Below, piece by piece: positions 56,059 to 64,000 of a stretch of 64,000 nt of DNA (the first letter of the stretch is position 1; the number at the start of each line of letters is the position of its first letter). The notes under the pieces are model-generated. The model ran no database searches and was not told where the DNA came from. It saw only the letters and a list, made by a program, of their open reading frames with translations. The DNA is from Dehalococcoidales bacterium. Its GTDB lineage: Bacteria; Chloroflexota; Dehalococcoidia; Dehalococcoidales; UBA5627. Made by a program: the position numbers and the translations under genes. Where the stretch lies: the NCBI GenBank assembly GCA_028707255.1, contig JAQTUQ010000007.1, positions 209 to 64,208 on the forward strand, in the 5' to 3' direction.

Positions 56059-59000
56059 ATGGCAATAAAAAGGCTGATTGTATGCTTGATGGCGGCGCTG
56101 ACTGCGTTCGTTATTATCCCGTACGCAAACGGGAGCATTGCCGAAAGCGCAACGAATATCGCCGGATGGCAACAGGCAAACATTCCGGCGCCGGGGGCTG
56201 AACACGGCTGGCTGCTGGCAGCCGGTTCCGATATAACCTGCCTTGCCGCGGATAGCAATGGCATTATCTATGCCGGGGTAAGCGGAATGCCGTCGAATCT
56301 CTATAAATCGCTCGATGACGGGCAAAGCTGGCAGGCAATCGCAAGCGGCAGCGACACTATTGCAGATATGGTCGTTACGGCGGACGATACGCTTTATTAC
56401 GCCACGTCTTACAGCATTTATAAATCCGTCAACGATGTAAATACCGTTGTTGCCTCTTTATCAGGCAGTTTAACAGACCCGGATACCGTTATTACCTCCA
56501 TCGACGTTTCTCTGTATAACGGCAGCTATGCCATACTTGTCGGAACCAAAAATAAAATTGGCGGGCAATTCGGCGGCGTATATGTAATTTATAGCGATGG
56601 GCTTATGCAGTGGCAGAATTTGGGGCTGGCGGGCTGTGACATATATTCGGTGGGCTTTTCACCGCGCTTTCCGGAGGATAATTTCATAGTCGCACTGGCA
56701 AGCGATGAAACGCATACTTTCGTTACCTGGAAAGAGGGCGGCGGTGCATGGGGCGGAACCATCGGGAATGCGGTGTTCAGAGAAGGCGGAACGGGAAACC
56801 CGGTCGTGCTAACGGAAACCGCCAAAATCGCCTTCCCCGAAGACTATCGTTCAGATGTCTATAGCGACAACTGCGTTTTATATGCAGCTTTGAATACCGG
56901 TACAGGTAACGGTGATGTGTATGCCGTTTACGGCAGGCAGAACCCCGGGCAGTCGATTGCCGAAGACCTCGATGTCGCCGCAGCGTACGGACAGAACGGC
57001 ATCGATATCAGCGGACTGGCTGTCTGCGGCAGTATCGGCGACATCCGCATCATGGCAGGAGCATCCTCAAACGGCAATATATACATCAGTCCGGACGGCG
57101 GAAACAGCTGGCAGCAAAACAGGAAATCACCTTCCGGCGAGCAAGTAACGGCGGTACTGATGTCTGCCGATTATAAAAACGACGGCAAAGCCTATTCTGC
57201 TACCACAGGAAGCGAAAGCGCATTCTCACTAAGCCATGATTACGGAATAAACTGGAACCAGTGCGGGCTGATAGATACGACGCTGGATGTAATTATCGGT
57301 GCGGCTGTTTCCCCCATGTATGATAATGACGAAACAGTATTTCTGCTGAGTTGGGGGAACGGGCAGAGCGTCTGGCGCACCACCGACGGCTGCGCCAGCT
57401 GGCAAAGAGTGTTTTATGGCGCTGCGGATAGCTTCATCAACATCGATAAAATCGCTCTTTCTCCGCAGTACGGAAACGCAAGCCATACGCTCTATTTTTG
57501 CGGCAGCGACAACGGCAATGCGACACTCTGGAAATCCGATGATAAAGGGCAGAGCTTTTTCGCCAGGAGTATGCCGTTTGCGGCCGACTGCTGGGAAATA
57601 ATCGACGATTCCTCTTTTTATATCGCCGGCTTCGACGGCGCTAACGCCCTGCTTTACCGCACTGTCGACAGCGGTGCACATTATAAATATAAATCCATCG
57701 TCGGCAACCAATCGCTGACATCCATCGCGCTCTCCCCGAACTATTCTGCCGACAAGACCGTGCTGGCAGGCAACTGCAACGGCGGCGTTTATCTGTCCAC
57801 TAACGAAGGGATTTCATTTACGCCGCTGGGGAATGCATCTTCTTTGCTAAAGGTCAGTGTCAGCGTGGCTTTCGATGCCGATTATGAGGTTAACAATACT
57901 GTTTACGCCGCCGGCGATATGGCGAATAACGGCATTTACCGCTTCGTAATCGGGGAGACTACAGCATGGGAAGCTATCGACGGCACACTGCCGCCAGGGG
58001 CAATGACAGGCAACCTGAAAGTATCGCAATCGGGTGTATTGTACGGCGTCAATTATCAGCAGGTTGGGGCGGGGGGCGGTATCGAGCGCAGCATCGACCC
58101 GTCATCGGCTCATTTCTTCGAAACTTTTACCGGAGGGCTTGGTGAAGGCGCCACGCTTACCGATTTGTGGCTGAGCGGTAATACGCTATGGTCTATCGAC
58201 ACGACGCATAACTTGCTGCTCTTTTTCAAAGATACCCTTTCGCAGCAGGTCGGTCTCAGCTCACCTTCAGACAATTCGATAGTAAAGGGTATGGTTTCCG
58301 AAAGCAACATCAGGAATGTTTTACTGGATTGGGAAGCGCTGGAGGGCGCCGGCAGTTACCGCTGGCAAATAAGCGACAGTAGAAGTTTTTCCTCATCATC
58401 GATTATTGCGGAAGGTACCACTACTGCCGGTTCCGTCAAATTGAACTCGCTGGAGACAGGCAATGTTTATTACTGGCGCATCCGCGCTGTTACCCCGCTG
58501 CTTAGCCCCTGGTCGGAAATATGGTCTTTTACGCCGCAGGCAATAATAGAACCGGATGCCCCCGTACTGCTATCTCCGGCTGCCGGGGCTGTAAACGTCC
58601 CCGTAAATACGATGTTCCAGTGGACGGCAGTCTACGGCGCGGATAGCTACGAGTTGGAAATATCGACGCAATACGATTTTGCCAGTCCCGTCATACAGCT
58701 GGCGGGCGCAACCGCCATACCGCTAAATGCCTGGCAGAATCCGGATGACTTTACGCATAACACCACCTATTACTGGCGCGTGCGTGCCATTAATGCGGAT
58801 ACCGTCGGCAGTTGGAGCGGGGCGGGGGTATTTGCTACCATAGCGGCTGACCTAACGCAAACGTCGACAAGCTCCAGCGTTATGCAAACCCAGTCGACGC
58901 AAACGTTAGCGTCCTTCACCACCGTCGAAAAAACGACCACCGTGATATCCACCGGGTTACCGACGATAACCATTATTCAAACACAGGGAACGTCCGCGCC

Positions 59001-59115
59001 CGTACAGCAGACGCTGACGATTCCGGACTGGCTTTATTATGCGCTTGGATTTATGGCTTTGCTGATAGTCTTGCTGGTGGCAGCCATACTGGTAATAGTC
59101 GCAAAAAGGCGATAG
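56059..59115 (+). CDS. large secreted BNR/Asp-box beta-propeller protein with two FN3-like modules, Thr/Ser-rich stalk and C-terminal TM anchor
   Basis: 1018 aa. Signal peptide. SxDxGxSW-type boxes (SLDDGQSW, SPDGGNSW, TTDGCASW, SDDKGQSF). YYWRIRAV / YYWRVRAI modules. Ends ALLIVLLVAAILVIVAKRR. Confidence 0.8.
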   Translation: MAIKRLIVCLMAALTAFVIIPYANGSIAESATNIAGWQQANIPAPGAEHGWLLAAGSDITCLAADSNGIIYAGVSGMPSNLYKSLDDGQSWQAIASGSDTIADMVVTADDTLYYATSYSIYKSVNDVNTVVASLSGSLTDPDTVITSIDVSLYNGSYAILVGTKNKIGGQFGGVYVIYSDGLMQWQNLGLAGCDIYSVGFSPRFPEDNFIVALASDETHTFVTWKEGGGAWGGTIGNAVFREGGTGNPVVLTETAKIAFPEDYRSDVYSDNCVLYAALNTGTGNGDVYAVYGRQNPGQSIAEDLDVAAAYGQNGIDISGLAVCGSIGDIRIMAGASSNGNIYISPDGGNSWQQNRKSPSGEQVTAVLMSADYKNDGKAYSATTGSESAFSLSHDYGINWNQCGLIDTTLDVIIGAAVSPMYDNDETVFLLSWGNGQSVWRTTDGCASWQRVFYGAADSFINIDKIALSPQYGNASHTLYFCGSDNGNATLWKSDDKGQSFFARSMPFAADCWEIIDDSSFYIAGFDGANALLYRTVDSGAHYKYKSIVGNQSLTSIALSPNYSADKTVLAGNCNGGVYLSTNEGISFTPLGNASSLLKVSVSVAFDADYEVNNTVYAAGDMANNGIYRFVIGETTAWEAIDGTLPPGAMTGNLKVSQSGVLYGVNYQQVGAGGGIERSIDPSSAHFFETFTGGLGEGATLTDLWLSGNTLWSIDTTHNLLLFFKDTLSQQVGLSSPSDNSIVKGMVSESNIRNVLLDWEALEGAGSYRWQISDSRSFSSSSIIAEGTTTAGSVKLNSLETGNVYYWRIRAVTPLLSPWSEIWSFTPQAIIEPDAPVLLSPAAGAVNVPVNTMFQWTAVYGADSYELEISTQYDFASPVIQLAGATAIPLNAWQNPDDFTHNTTYYWRVRAINADTVGSWSGAGVFATIAADLTQTSTSSSVMQTQSTQTLASFTTVEKTTTVISTGLPTITIIQTQGTSAPVQQTLTIPDWLYYALGFMALLIVLLVAAILVIVAKRR

Positions 59116-59146
59116 CCTGGCGTCGGAAGTAATGTGAAACAGCGGA

Positions 59147-59779
59147 TTAGAGTTCGAGCAGGGTAACCTGCATGATGAGGGGCAGGTTGTTCTTGGTGAT
59201 TGTCAGCTTCGGCTGGGGCGTGATATCGTGCGTGCCGATTTCCTTTAAAAACTTTTCCACCGGGTCGAGTTCGCGCTTCAGCAAGGGCGTTCCGTAGTGC
59301 ATCGGCAGTACGATTTTCGGTTCGATTTGGCGCACAATGGCTGCGGCGGTCGAGGTATTAATCGTGGAGATGCCACCGACGGGCAGCATCAATATATCGA
59401 CATTACCAAGTTCTTCCGTCTGGTCGTCGGTCAAAGGATGCCCAAGGTCTCCCAGGTGGCAGATGGTTATATCGTCCATTTCAATCAGGTAGATGGTATT
59501 TTTCCCCCTGATTTTACCCTTTTCATTATCGTGAAAGGACGCCAAACCGATAACCAGCACATTGCTGATTTCGTATTCGCCGGGGCCGGTGACCGGGTGC
59601 GGTTCGCCGTTAATGCCGGCAGTATACGAATGCCCGGGGTGTTGATGGCTGACGGTAACGATTGCCGCACTCTGTTTCCCGAGAGTATAGCCGGTATCGG
59701 GGGAATACGGGTCTGTGATGACAGTCGCCTGCTTTCCCTTGATTTTAAAACACGAATGACCCAGCCAGTTAATTTCCAT
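59147..59779 (-). CDS. MBL-fold metallo-hydrolase (UPF0173-like)
   Basis: Start at MEINWLGHSCFKIKG. The ORF track extends it to 59821. Confidence 0.8.
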   Translation of the reverse strand: MEINWLGHSCFKIKGKQATVITDPYSPDTGYTLGKQSAAIVTVSHQHPGHSYTAGINGEPHPVTGPGEYEISNVLVIGLASFHDNEKGKIRGKNTIYLIEMDDITICHLGDLGHPLTDDQTEELGNVDILMLPVGGISTINTSTAAAIVRQIEPKIVLPMHYGTPLLKRELDPVEKFLKEIGTHDITPQPKLTITKNNLPLIMQVTLLEL

Positions 59780-59878
59780 ATTATCGTCACCAGTGTAGCA
59801 CAAATAGCTTTGAAGGGTCAATTAAAAAAGTGAAAAGTATACAGAACCGCCCTCTTGTTATGGTATGATAATGCTGTC

Positions 59879-60616
59879 ATGAAATACGCATTGTTAGCTG
59901 ATATTCATTCCAACCTGGAAGCCCTGACGGCGGTGCTGGAGGATATCGACCGGAACGGAAGTATCGATGAGATATGGGTTTTAGGTGATATCGTCGGTTA
60001 CGGGCCGGACCCGCGCGAATGCATAAAACTGCTGCGCAGCCATAAACATATTGCAGTTAGCGGAAACCACGATGTCTTTTGTACCGGCAAGATGGATGCC
60101 CGCTACCTCTTGAACCCCGAGGCAGCCACCGCCTGCCGCTGGACTTCACGGGTTCTGTCGCCTGAAGATATGGAATATCTCAACGCTTTGCCCGAGGTCA
60201 TCGAGCGCGACGATTTTACGCTGGCGCACGGCAGCCCGCGCGACCCTTTATGGGAATATATCATGACGCAGAACATAGCTCTGATAAATTTCGACTATTT
60301 CAGGACAAGGTATTGTCTTGTGGGACATTCGCACATACCGATGGTTTTCAAGCTGGACGAGAACGGTAATTGTATCAGCCTGCCGCTCTCGGAGAGCATC
60401 GGTGCGGTGCTGGGGAAGGATAAAATGATAATCAACCCGGGCGGGGTGGGGCAGCCGAGAGACGGCGACCCGAGAGCCGGTTACGCTATATATAACAGCG
60501 AAGCCAGAATGATAAGGATGCACCGCGTTGCCTACGACATCAAGCTGACCCAGCAAAAAATGGTAAAACAGAACCTGCCGGTGCGCCTGATATCGCGGTT
60601 GGAGAAAGGTTTATAA
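59879..60616 (+). CDS. metallophosphoesterase family protein
   Basis: MKYALLADIHSN...VLGDIVGYGPDP...GNHD. Confidence 0.8.
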   Translation: MKYALLADIHSNLEALTAVLEDIDRNGSIDEIWVLGDIVGYGPDPRECIKLLRSHKHIAVSGNHDVFCTGKMDARYLLNPEAATACRWTSRVLSPEDMEYLNALPEVIERDDFTLAHGSPRDPLWEYIMTQNIALINFDYFRTRYCLVGHSHIPMVFKLDENGNCISLPLSESIGAVLGKDKMIINPGGVGQPRDGDPRAGYAIYNSEARMIRMHRVAYDIKLTQQKMVKQNLPVRLISRLEKGL

Positions 60617-60619
60617 GAA

Positions 60620-61519
60620 GTGAGTAATAATAACCGTCGCCGGGATTTGCTTGAACAGACGCAGCACTATTTACGCCGCCTCGATTTGAAAGCGCGCAAG
60701 AAACTGGGGCAGCACTTCCTGGTGGATGCGGAAGCGCTGGCAGCGGTTGCCTCGGCCGCCGAACTTAATCCTGAAGATGTCGTTATCGAGGTGGGGCCGG
60801 GTCTGGGTGTACTGACCGGTGAACTGGTAAAACAGACCGGAGCCGTTATCTCCGTCGAACTGGACGACAGGCTGGCGGAAATCCTGAAAAAGAAGATGTC
60901 GGCGGTCGGGAATTTTACGGTAATCAATCGTGACATACTCAAGGTGAAGCCGCAAGAGCTGCTATCGGAACCGGTAGCGGTAAATGCGCTCAAAGGAAAG
61001 CCGCTTTCCTATAAAGTAGTGGCAAATCTGCCCTACTATATCACCTCTGCCGTTCTGCGCTACTTTCTGGAAGCCGTGCCGCAGCCGTCGGTCATCGTGG
61101 TAATGGTGCAAAAAGAGGTGGCGGAAGCCATCGCCGCGCAGCAGGGAAAGATGAGTCTGCTAAGCGCCAGCGTGCAGTTCTACGGCAATCCCGAAATTGT
61201 CAGGATCGTGCCGGCGGCAAGCTTTTACCCGCCTCCCGAAGTAGATTCGGCGGTATTGAAAATAAAGATTTACGAAAAACCACGACTGGATATAGAAGAT
61301 ATCGACGGGTTTTTCAACCTTGTCCGAGCCGGCTTTACGGCTTCGCGCAAGCAACTGCCGAATTCGCTGGCGCAGGGGCTGAAATGTAGCAAAGAGGATG
61401 CGGTTTCACTGCTGGAAGAAGCCGAAATAGACCCGAAGCGCCGGGCGGAAACGCTTTCGCTGGAGGAATGGGGAAGGTTATGGAAGATTTACGGGAGGCT
61501 TGATAATGTTAACGGTTGA
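60620..61519 (+). CDS. rsmA: 16S rRNA (adenine1518/1519-N6)-dimethyltransferase
   Basis: 299 aa, GTG start. LGQHFLVD...EVGPGLGVLT...ANLPYYI. Confidence 0.9.
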   Translation: MSNNNRRRDLLEQTQHYLRRLDLKARKKLGQHFLVDAEALAAVASAAELNPEDVVIEVGPGLGVLTGELVKQTGAVISVELDDRLAEILKKKMSAVGNFTVINRDILKVKPQELLSEPVAVNALKGKPLSYKVVANLPYYITSAVLRYFLEAVPQPSVIVVMVQKEVAEAIAAQQGKMSLLSASVQFYGNPEIVRIVPAASFYPPPEVDSAVLKIKIYEKPRLDIEDIDGFFNLVRAGFTASRKQLPNSLAQGLKCSKEDAVSLLEEAEIDPKRRAETLSLEEWGRLWKIYGRLDNVNG

Positions 61520-62387
61520 GGCGCCTGCCAAGATTAACCTGACGCTGGAGGTGCTCGCAAAGCGCCAGGACGGCTATCACGAAATCAGCAGCATTATACA
61601 GGCAATCGACCTGTGCGATGTCCTGTCCTTTGATGAGGGCAGCAGCATCGAGATTGTTTGCGATAATCCCGACTGGCAGGCAGAGAAAAGCCTCATCCCG
61701 CGGACAGTCGAATTGCTTCTGGAAAGCTCCGCCTGTTCCAAAGGCGTCAAGATTAGTTTATTGAAGAGAATTCCGCTTCTCTCCGGTTTGGCGGGCGATT
61801 CCAGCGCCGCCGCCGCTACACTCAAAGGATTGAATATCTTCTGGGGGCTGGGATATACGCCGGGGCAACTGGCAGACTTTGCCGCAAAACTCGGCTCGGA
61901 CGTCTCATTTTTCTTATCGGGGGGCACGGCTTTGGTACAGGGGCGAGGGGAAATTGTCAGCCCGCTGCCTTCCCTGCCGGAAATGTGGGTGGTTTTATTG
62001 ATGCCGGATTTAGAGCGGACTATCGGCAAAACGGGTAAAATGTATTCCAGCCTGGAGCAATCTTTTTTCAGCACAGGAGAAAAGACGGATAACCTGGTGA
62101 GTAAACTGACAAGAAACGGGGAAATCGATAATTCTGCCCTTTTCAACGTATTCGAGCATGTGGCATATAACATCTACGACGGGCTCGATAAGTGCCGCAA
62201 TGATTTTCTATCAGCCGGCGCCGCCGGTGTTCATCTTGCCGGTTCGGGACCGACACTGTTTACTATGGTCAAAAATAAAAACGATGCACTTGAGATTTGC
62301 GAGCGGTTAAAAGAAAAGGGTTATAACGCCTGCGCTGTAAAAACTCTCGGTCACAGCGATTTATTAAGTACCGGTACGGCGGCATAA
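61506..62387 (+). CDS. ispE: 4-diphosphocytidyl-2-C-methyl-D-erythritol kinase
   Basis: APAKINLTLEV...GLAGDSSAAAA...GSGPTLF. Confidence 0.9.
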   Translation: MLTVEAPAKINLTLEVLAKRQDGYHEISSIIQAIDLCDVLSFDEGSSIEIVCDNPDWQAEKSLIPRTVELLLESSACSKGVKISLLKRIPLLSGLAGDSSAAAATLKGLNIFWGLGYTPGQLADFAAKLGSDVSFFLSGGTALVQGRGEIVSPLPSLPEMWVVLLMPDLERTIGKTGKMYSSLEQSFFSTGEKTDNLVSKLTRNGEIDNSALFNVFEHVAYNIYDGLDKCRNDFLSAGAAGVHLAGSGPTLFTMVKNKNDALEICERLKEKGYNACAVKTLGHSDLLSTGTAA

Positions 62388-62388
62388 A

Positions 62389-63021
62389 ATGATAGTGCAA
62401 TCGATTCTGGCTGTATTAATCGCTTATCTCCTGGGGGCAGTTCCATTTGCCTATATCGCCGGGCGTCTGAAGAAGGGAATGGATATCCGTAAAGCCGGCG
62501 GGGGAAATGTAGGCGCCACCAACACCCTGCGCGAGGTCGGCACCGGGGCGGGGCTGCTGGTTTTGGCTGCCGACATCCTGAAAGGCACGCTGGCAATCCT
62601 TATCGCTCAGTGGCTGGGCGTTTCACTCATAATCGTATTCATAGCCGGACTGGCGGCGGTTATCGGCCATAACTGGTCGCTGTTTATAAAATTCGGCGGC
62701 GGCAAGGGGGGAGCCACCGTTCTCGGCGTTTTCTTCGCCCTCGTCCCCGTTGCTGCCGCTATTGCCTTCGGGATTATGGTACTGGCAGCCTTCCTCACCA
62801 GCAACCTCAGGCTTTCGATGATGGCCGGTTTTATCGCCCTGCCCTTCCTGCTGTGGGGTTTCGGGGAAGCGGGAAACATAATCGCTTATTCGGTCGGCTT
62901 GCCGCTACTGACCGGACTGCGCATCCTGCCTTCCATCATCAGGGGCGCTAAAGACCCGCAGGCACGCAAGAACTTTATCGTGGATAGAGATTATACCCCC
63001 TGGCAGAAAAAGAAGAAATAG
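62389..63021 (+). CDS. plsY: glycerol-3-phosphate acyltransferase PlsY
   Basis: 210 aa. YLLGAVPFAYI...GGGNVGATN...HNWSLFIKFGGGKG. Confidence 0.9.
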   Translation: MIVQSILAVLIAYLLGAVPFAYIAGRLKKGMDIRKAGGGNVGATNTLREVGTGAGLLVLAADILKGTLAILIAQWLGVSLIIVFIAGLAAVIGHNWSLFIKFGGGKGGATVLGVFFALVPVAAAIAFGIMVLAAFLTSNLRLSMMAGFIALPFLLWGFGEAGNIIAYSVGLPLLTGLRILPSIIRGAKDPQARKNFIVDRDYTPWQKKKK

Positions 63022-63085
63022 AAATGACTTAGTATATATATATTATCATTGTCGGTTATTGCGAATAATAATTTGACGCCGCCAT

Positions 63086-63178
63086 GGATTCGACAAGCTC
63101 ACCACGAGCGGCTTTAGTTTTCGTTTTCATAAAGAATAAAAAATCCGCTTGCCCTTGCTGAGCGTGTCGAAGGGTCTA
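63086..63178. repeat. repeat modules (TTCGACAAGCTCACC ... GAGCGTGTCGAAGGGTC)
   Basis: Same module family as 455-527, 35323 and 55340. Confidence 0.6.
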
Positions 63179-63297
63179 AGAGTGGAAACAAACAAAATTA
63201 ATTAAAAATGACTGCAGATATATATTGACAACCCCGGTTTAGTACATTATAGTATATTCTATAAAGTACGTTTTATCATACGTTACAGGGGGTAAAA

Positions 63298-63744
63298 ATG
63301 GTTACTACATTTTTATCGGATGATTTTATAAATTCCAAAGAACTGAGAAACAATCAGAAGCACTGGCTAGAGAGGGCATATTTAACGCCTGTTTCGATAA
63401 GGAGCGGAGATAAAAAACTGGTTTTGATAAACAGGGAACAGGCAAGGGATGTGTACTTGATAAACTATTACGCACAAATTGTTGTCGGGTTCTGTCAGGA
63501 GCGCAGCGCGGAAAGCAAAGAAAGCAAGGTATTCCCCTGGTTAAAGCATTTGCAGGAAGGACAGGTCAAGCCATTTCATAAACAGCTGCTTGCCTGTTTT
63601 AACGAGGTAATACAAACCAAAGACTGGCTTAAAATCGAGGAATTGCTCGATGACTGGAAAGCGACAGCTGAAGTAGCCGCCAGCCCCGCATTGTCTAAAG
63701 AATTAATGGCAGAGGAAAAACCCTCGGAATATGTCGGACTCTGA
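63298..63744 (+). CDS. Phd/YefM-like antitoxin with a long C-terminal extension
   Basis: 148 aa. INSKELRNNQKHWLERAYLTPVSIRSGDKKLVLINREQ. Overlaps the next ORF by 14 nt. Confidence 0.55.
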   Translation: MVTTFLSDDFINSKELRNNQKHWLERAYLTPVSIRSGDKKLVLINREQARDVYLINYYAQIVVGFCQERSAESKESKVFPWLKHLQEGQVKPFHKQLLACFNEVIQTKDWLKIEELLDDWKATAEVAASPALSKELMAEEKPSEYVGL

Positions 63745-64000
63745 ACACAGATATCAAATCGTCTTCGTGAATAAAAAGGTGAAAGGCGATTGGGAAGCGC
63801 TCTCGCAGAAATTCCCCGAAAGAATAGAGGAATGCCGGCAGTTTCTGGAAAATAATCCCGAAGACAGACGTAAGGCTATCGGCATCTTGAAAAAGCTGCA
63901 TCCGCCCTTCGAGGGAATCTTACAATACGACATCACCAAAGACAACTACCGCGTCTGGTATCGCATAGATAGGAAACAGAGGATGGTTATCATTAAATAC
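63731..64000 (+). CDS. RelE/ParE-family toxin, 3' end off the window
   Basis: Own translation MSDSEHRYQIVFVNKKVKGDWEAL...ILQYDITKDNYRVWYRIDRKQRMVIIKY. No stop codon before the window end. Confidence 0.6.
   Translation, partial: MSDSEHRYQIVFVNKKVKGDWEALSQKFPERIEECRQFLENNPEDRRKAIGILKKLHPPFEGILQYDITKDNYRVWYRIDRKQRMVIIKY

Noticed and set aside
55565-56264. ORFs of 60-143 aa within the 55.3-56.0 kb repeat array (also 53907..54104, 33291..33572, 34096..34284, 25852..26196, 40826..41014)
   Set aside because: They are translations of palindromic repeat modules. The same peptides appear on both strands wherever a module occurs, and the 143-aa ORF also runs antisense into the start of the 1018-aa gene.
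61577-62173. 198-aa minus-strand ORF inside ispE
   Set aside because: Antisense shadow of a confidently identified housekeeping gene.

Overview
This 64-kb window appears to come from an uncultivated anaerobic bacterium. A Chloroflexota/Dehalococcoidia-like origin is inferred only from gene content and repeat style, not verified. Housekeeping genes sit at both ends: coaBC-coaX-nnr on the left and rsmA-ispE-plsY on the right. Between them is a patchwork of small accessory, membrane and hypothetical genes. Five observations stand out. (1) A tRNA(CAU) at 7.54 kb is followed by five co-oriented degenerate copies of its own 3' end, which divide 9.6 kb into five short cassettes with no integrase. 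(2) An AT-rich single-gene islet at 36.7-39.7 kb encodes a 996-aa fusion of an SF1 helicase, a PLD nuclease and a topoisomerase-type zinc finger, resembling Mokosh type II. (3) A second AT-rich gene at 19.7 kb encodes a PLD nuclease with two zinc ribbons. (4) At least 12 intergenic loci carry a modular family of nested-palindrome repeats, including composite arrays in direct orientation on both sides of a dCMP-deaminase/kinase operon. (5) A Phd-like/RelE-like toxin-antitoxin pair runs off the right edge. I recognised no CRISPR array, rRNA, transposase or integrase. All domain calls rest on motif recognition by eye, and no database search was run.
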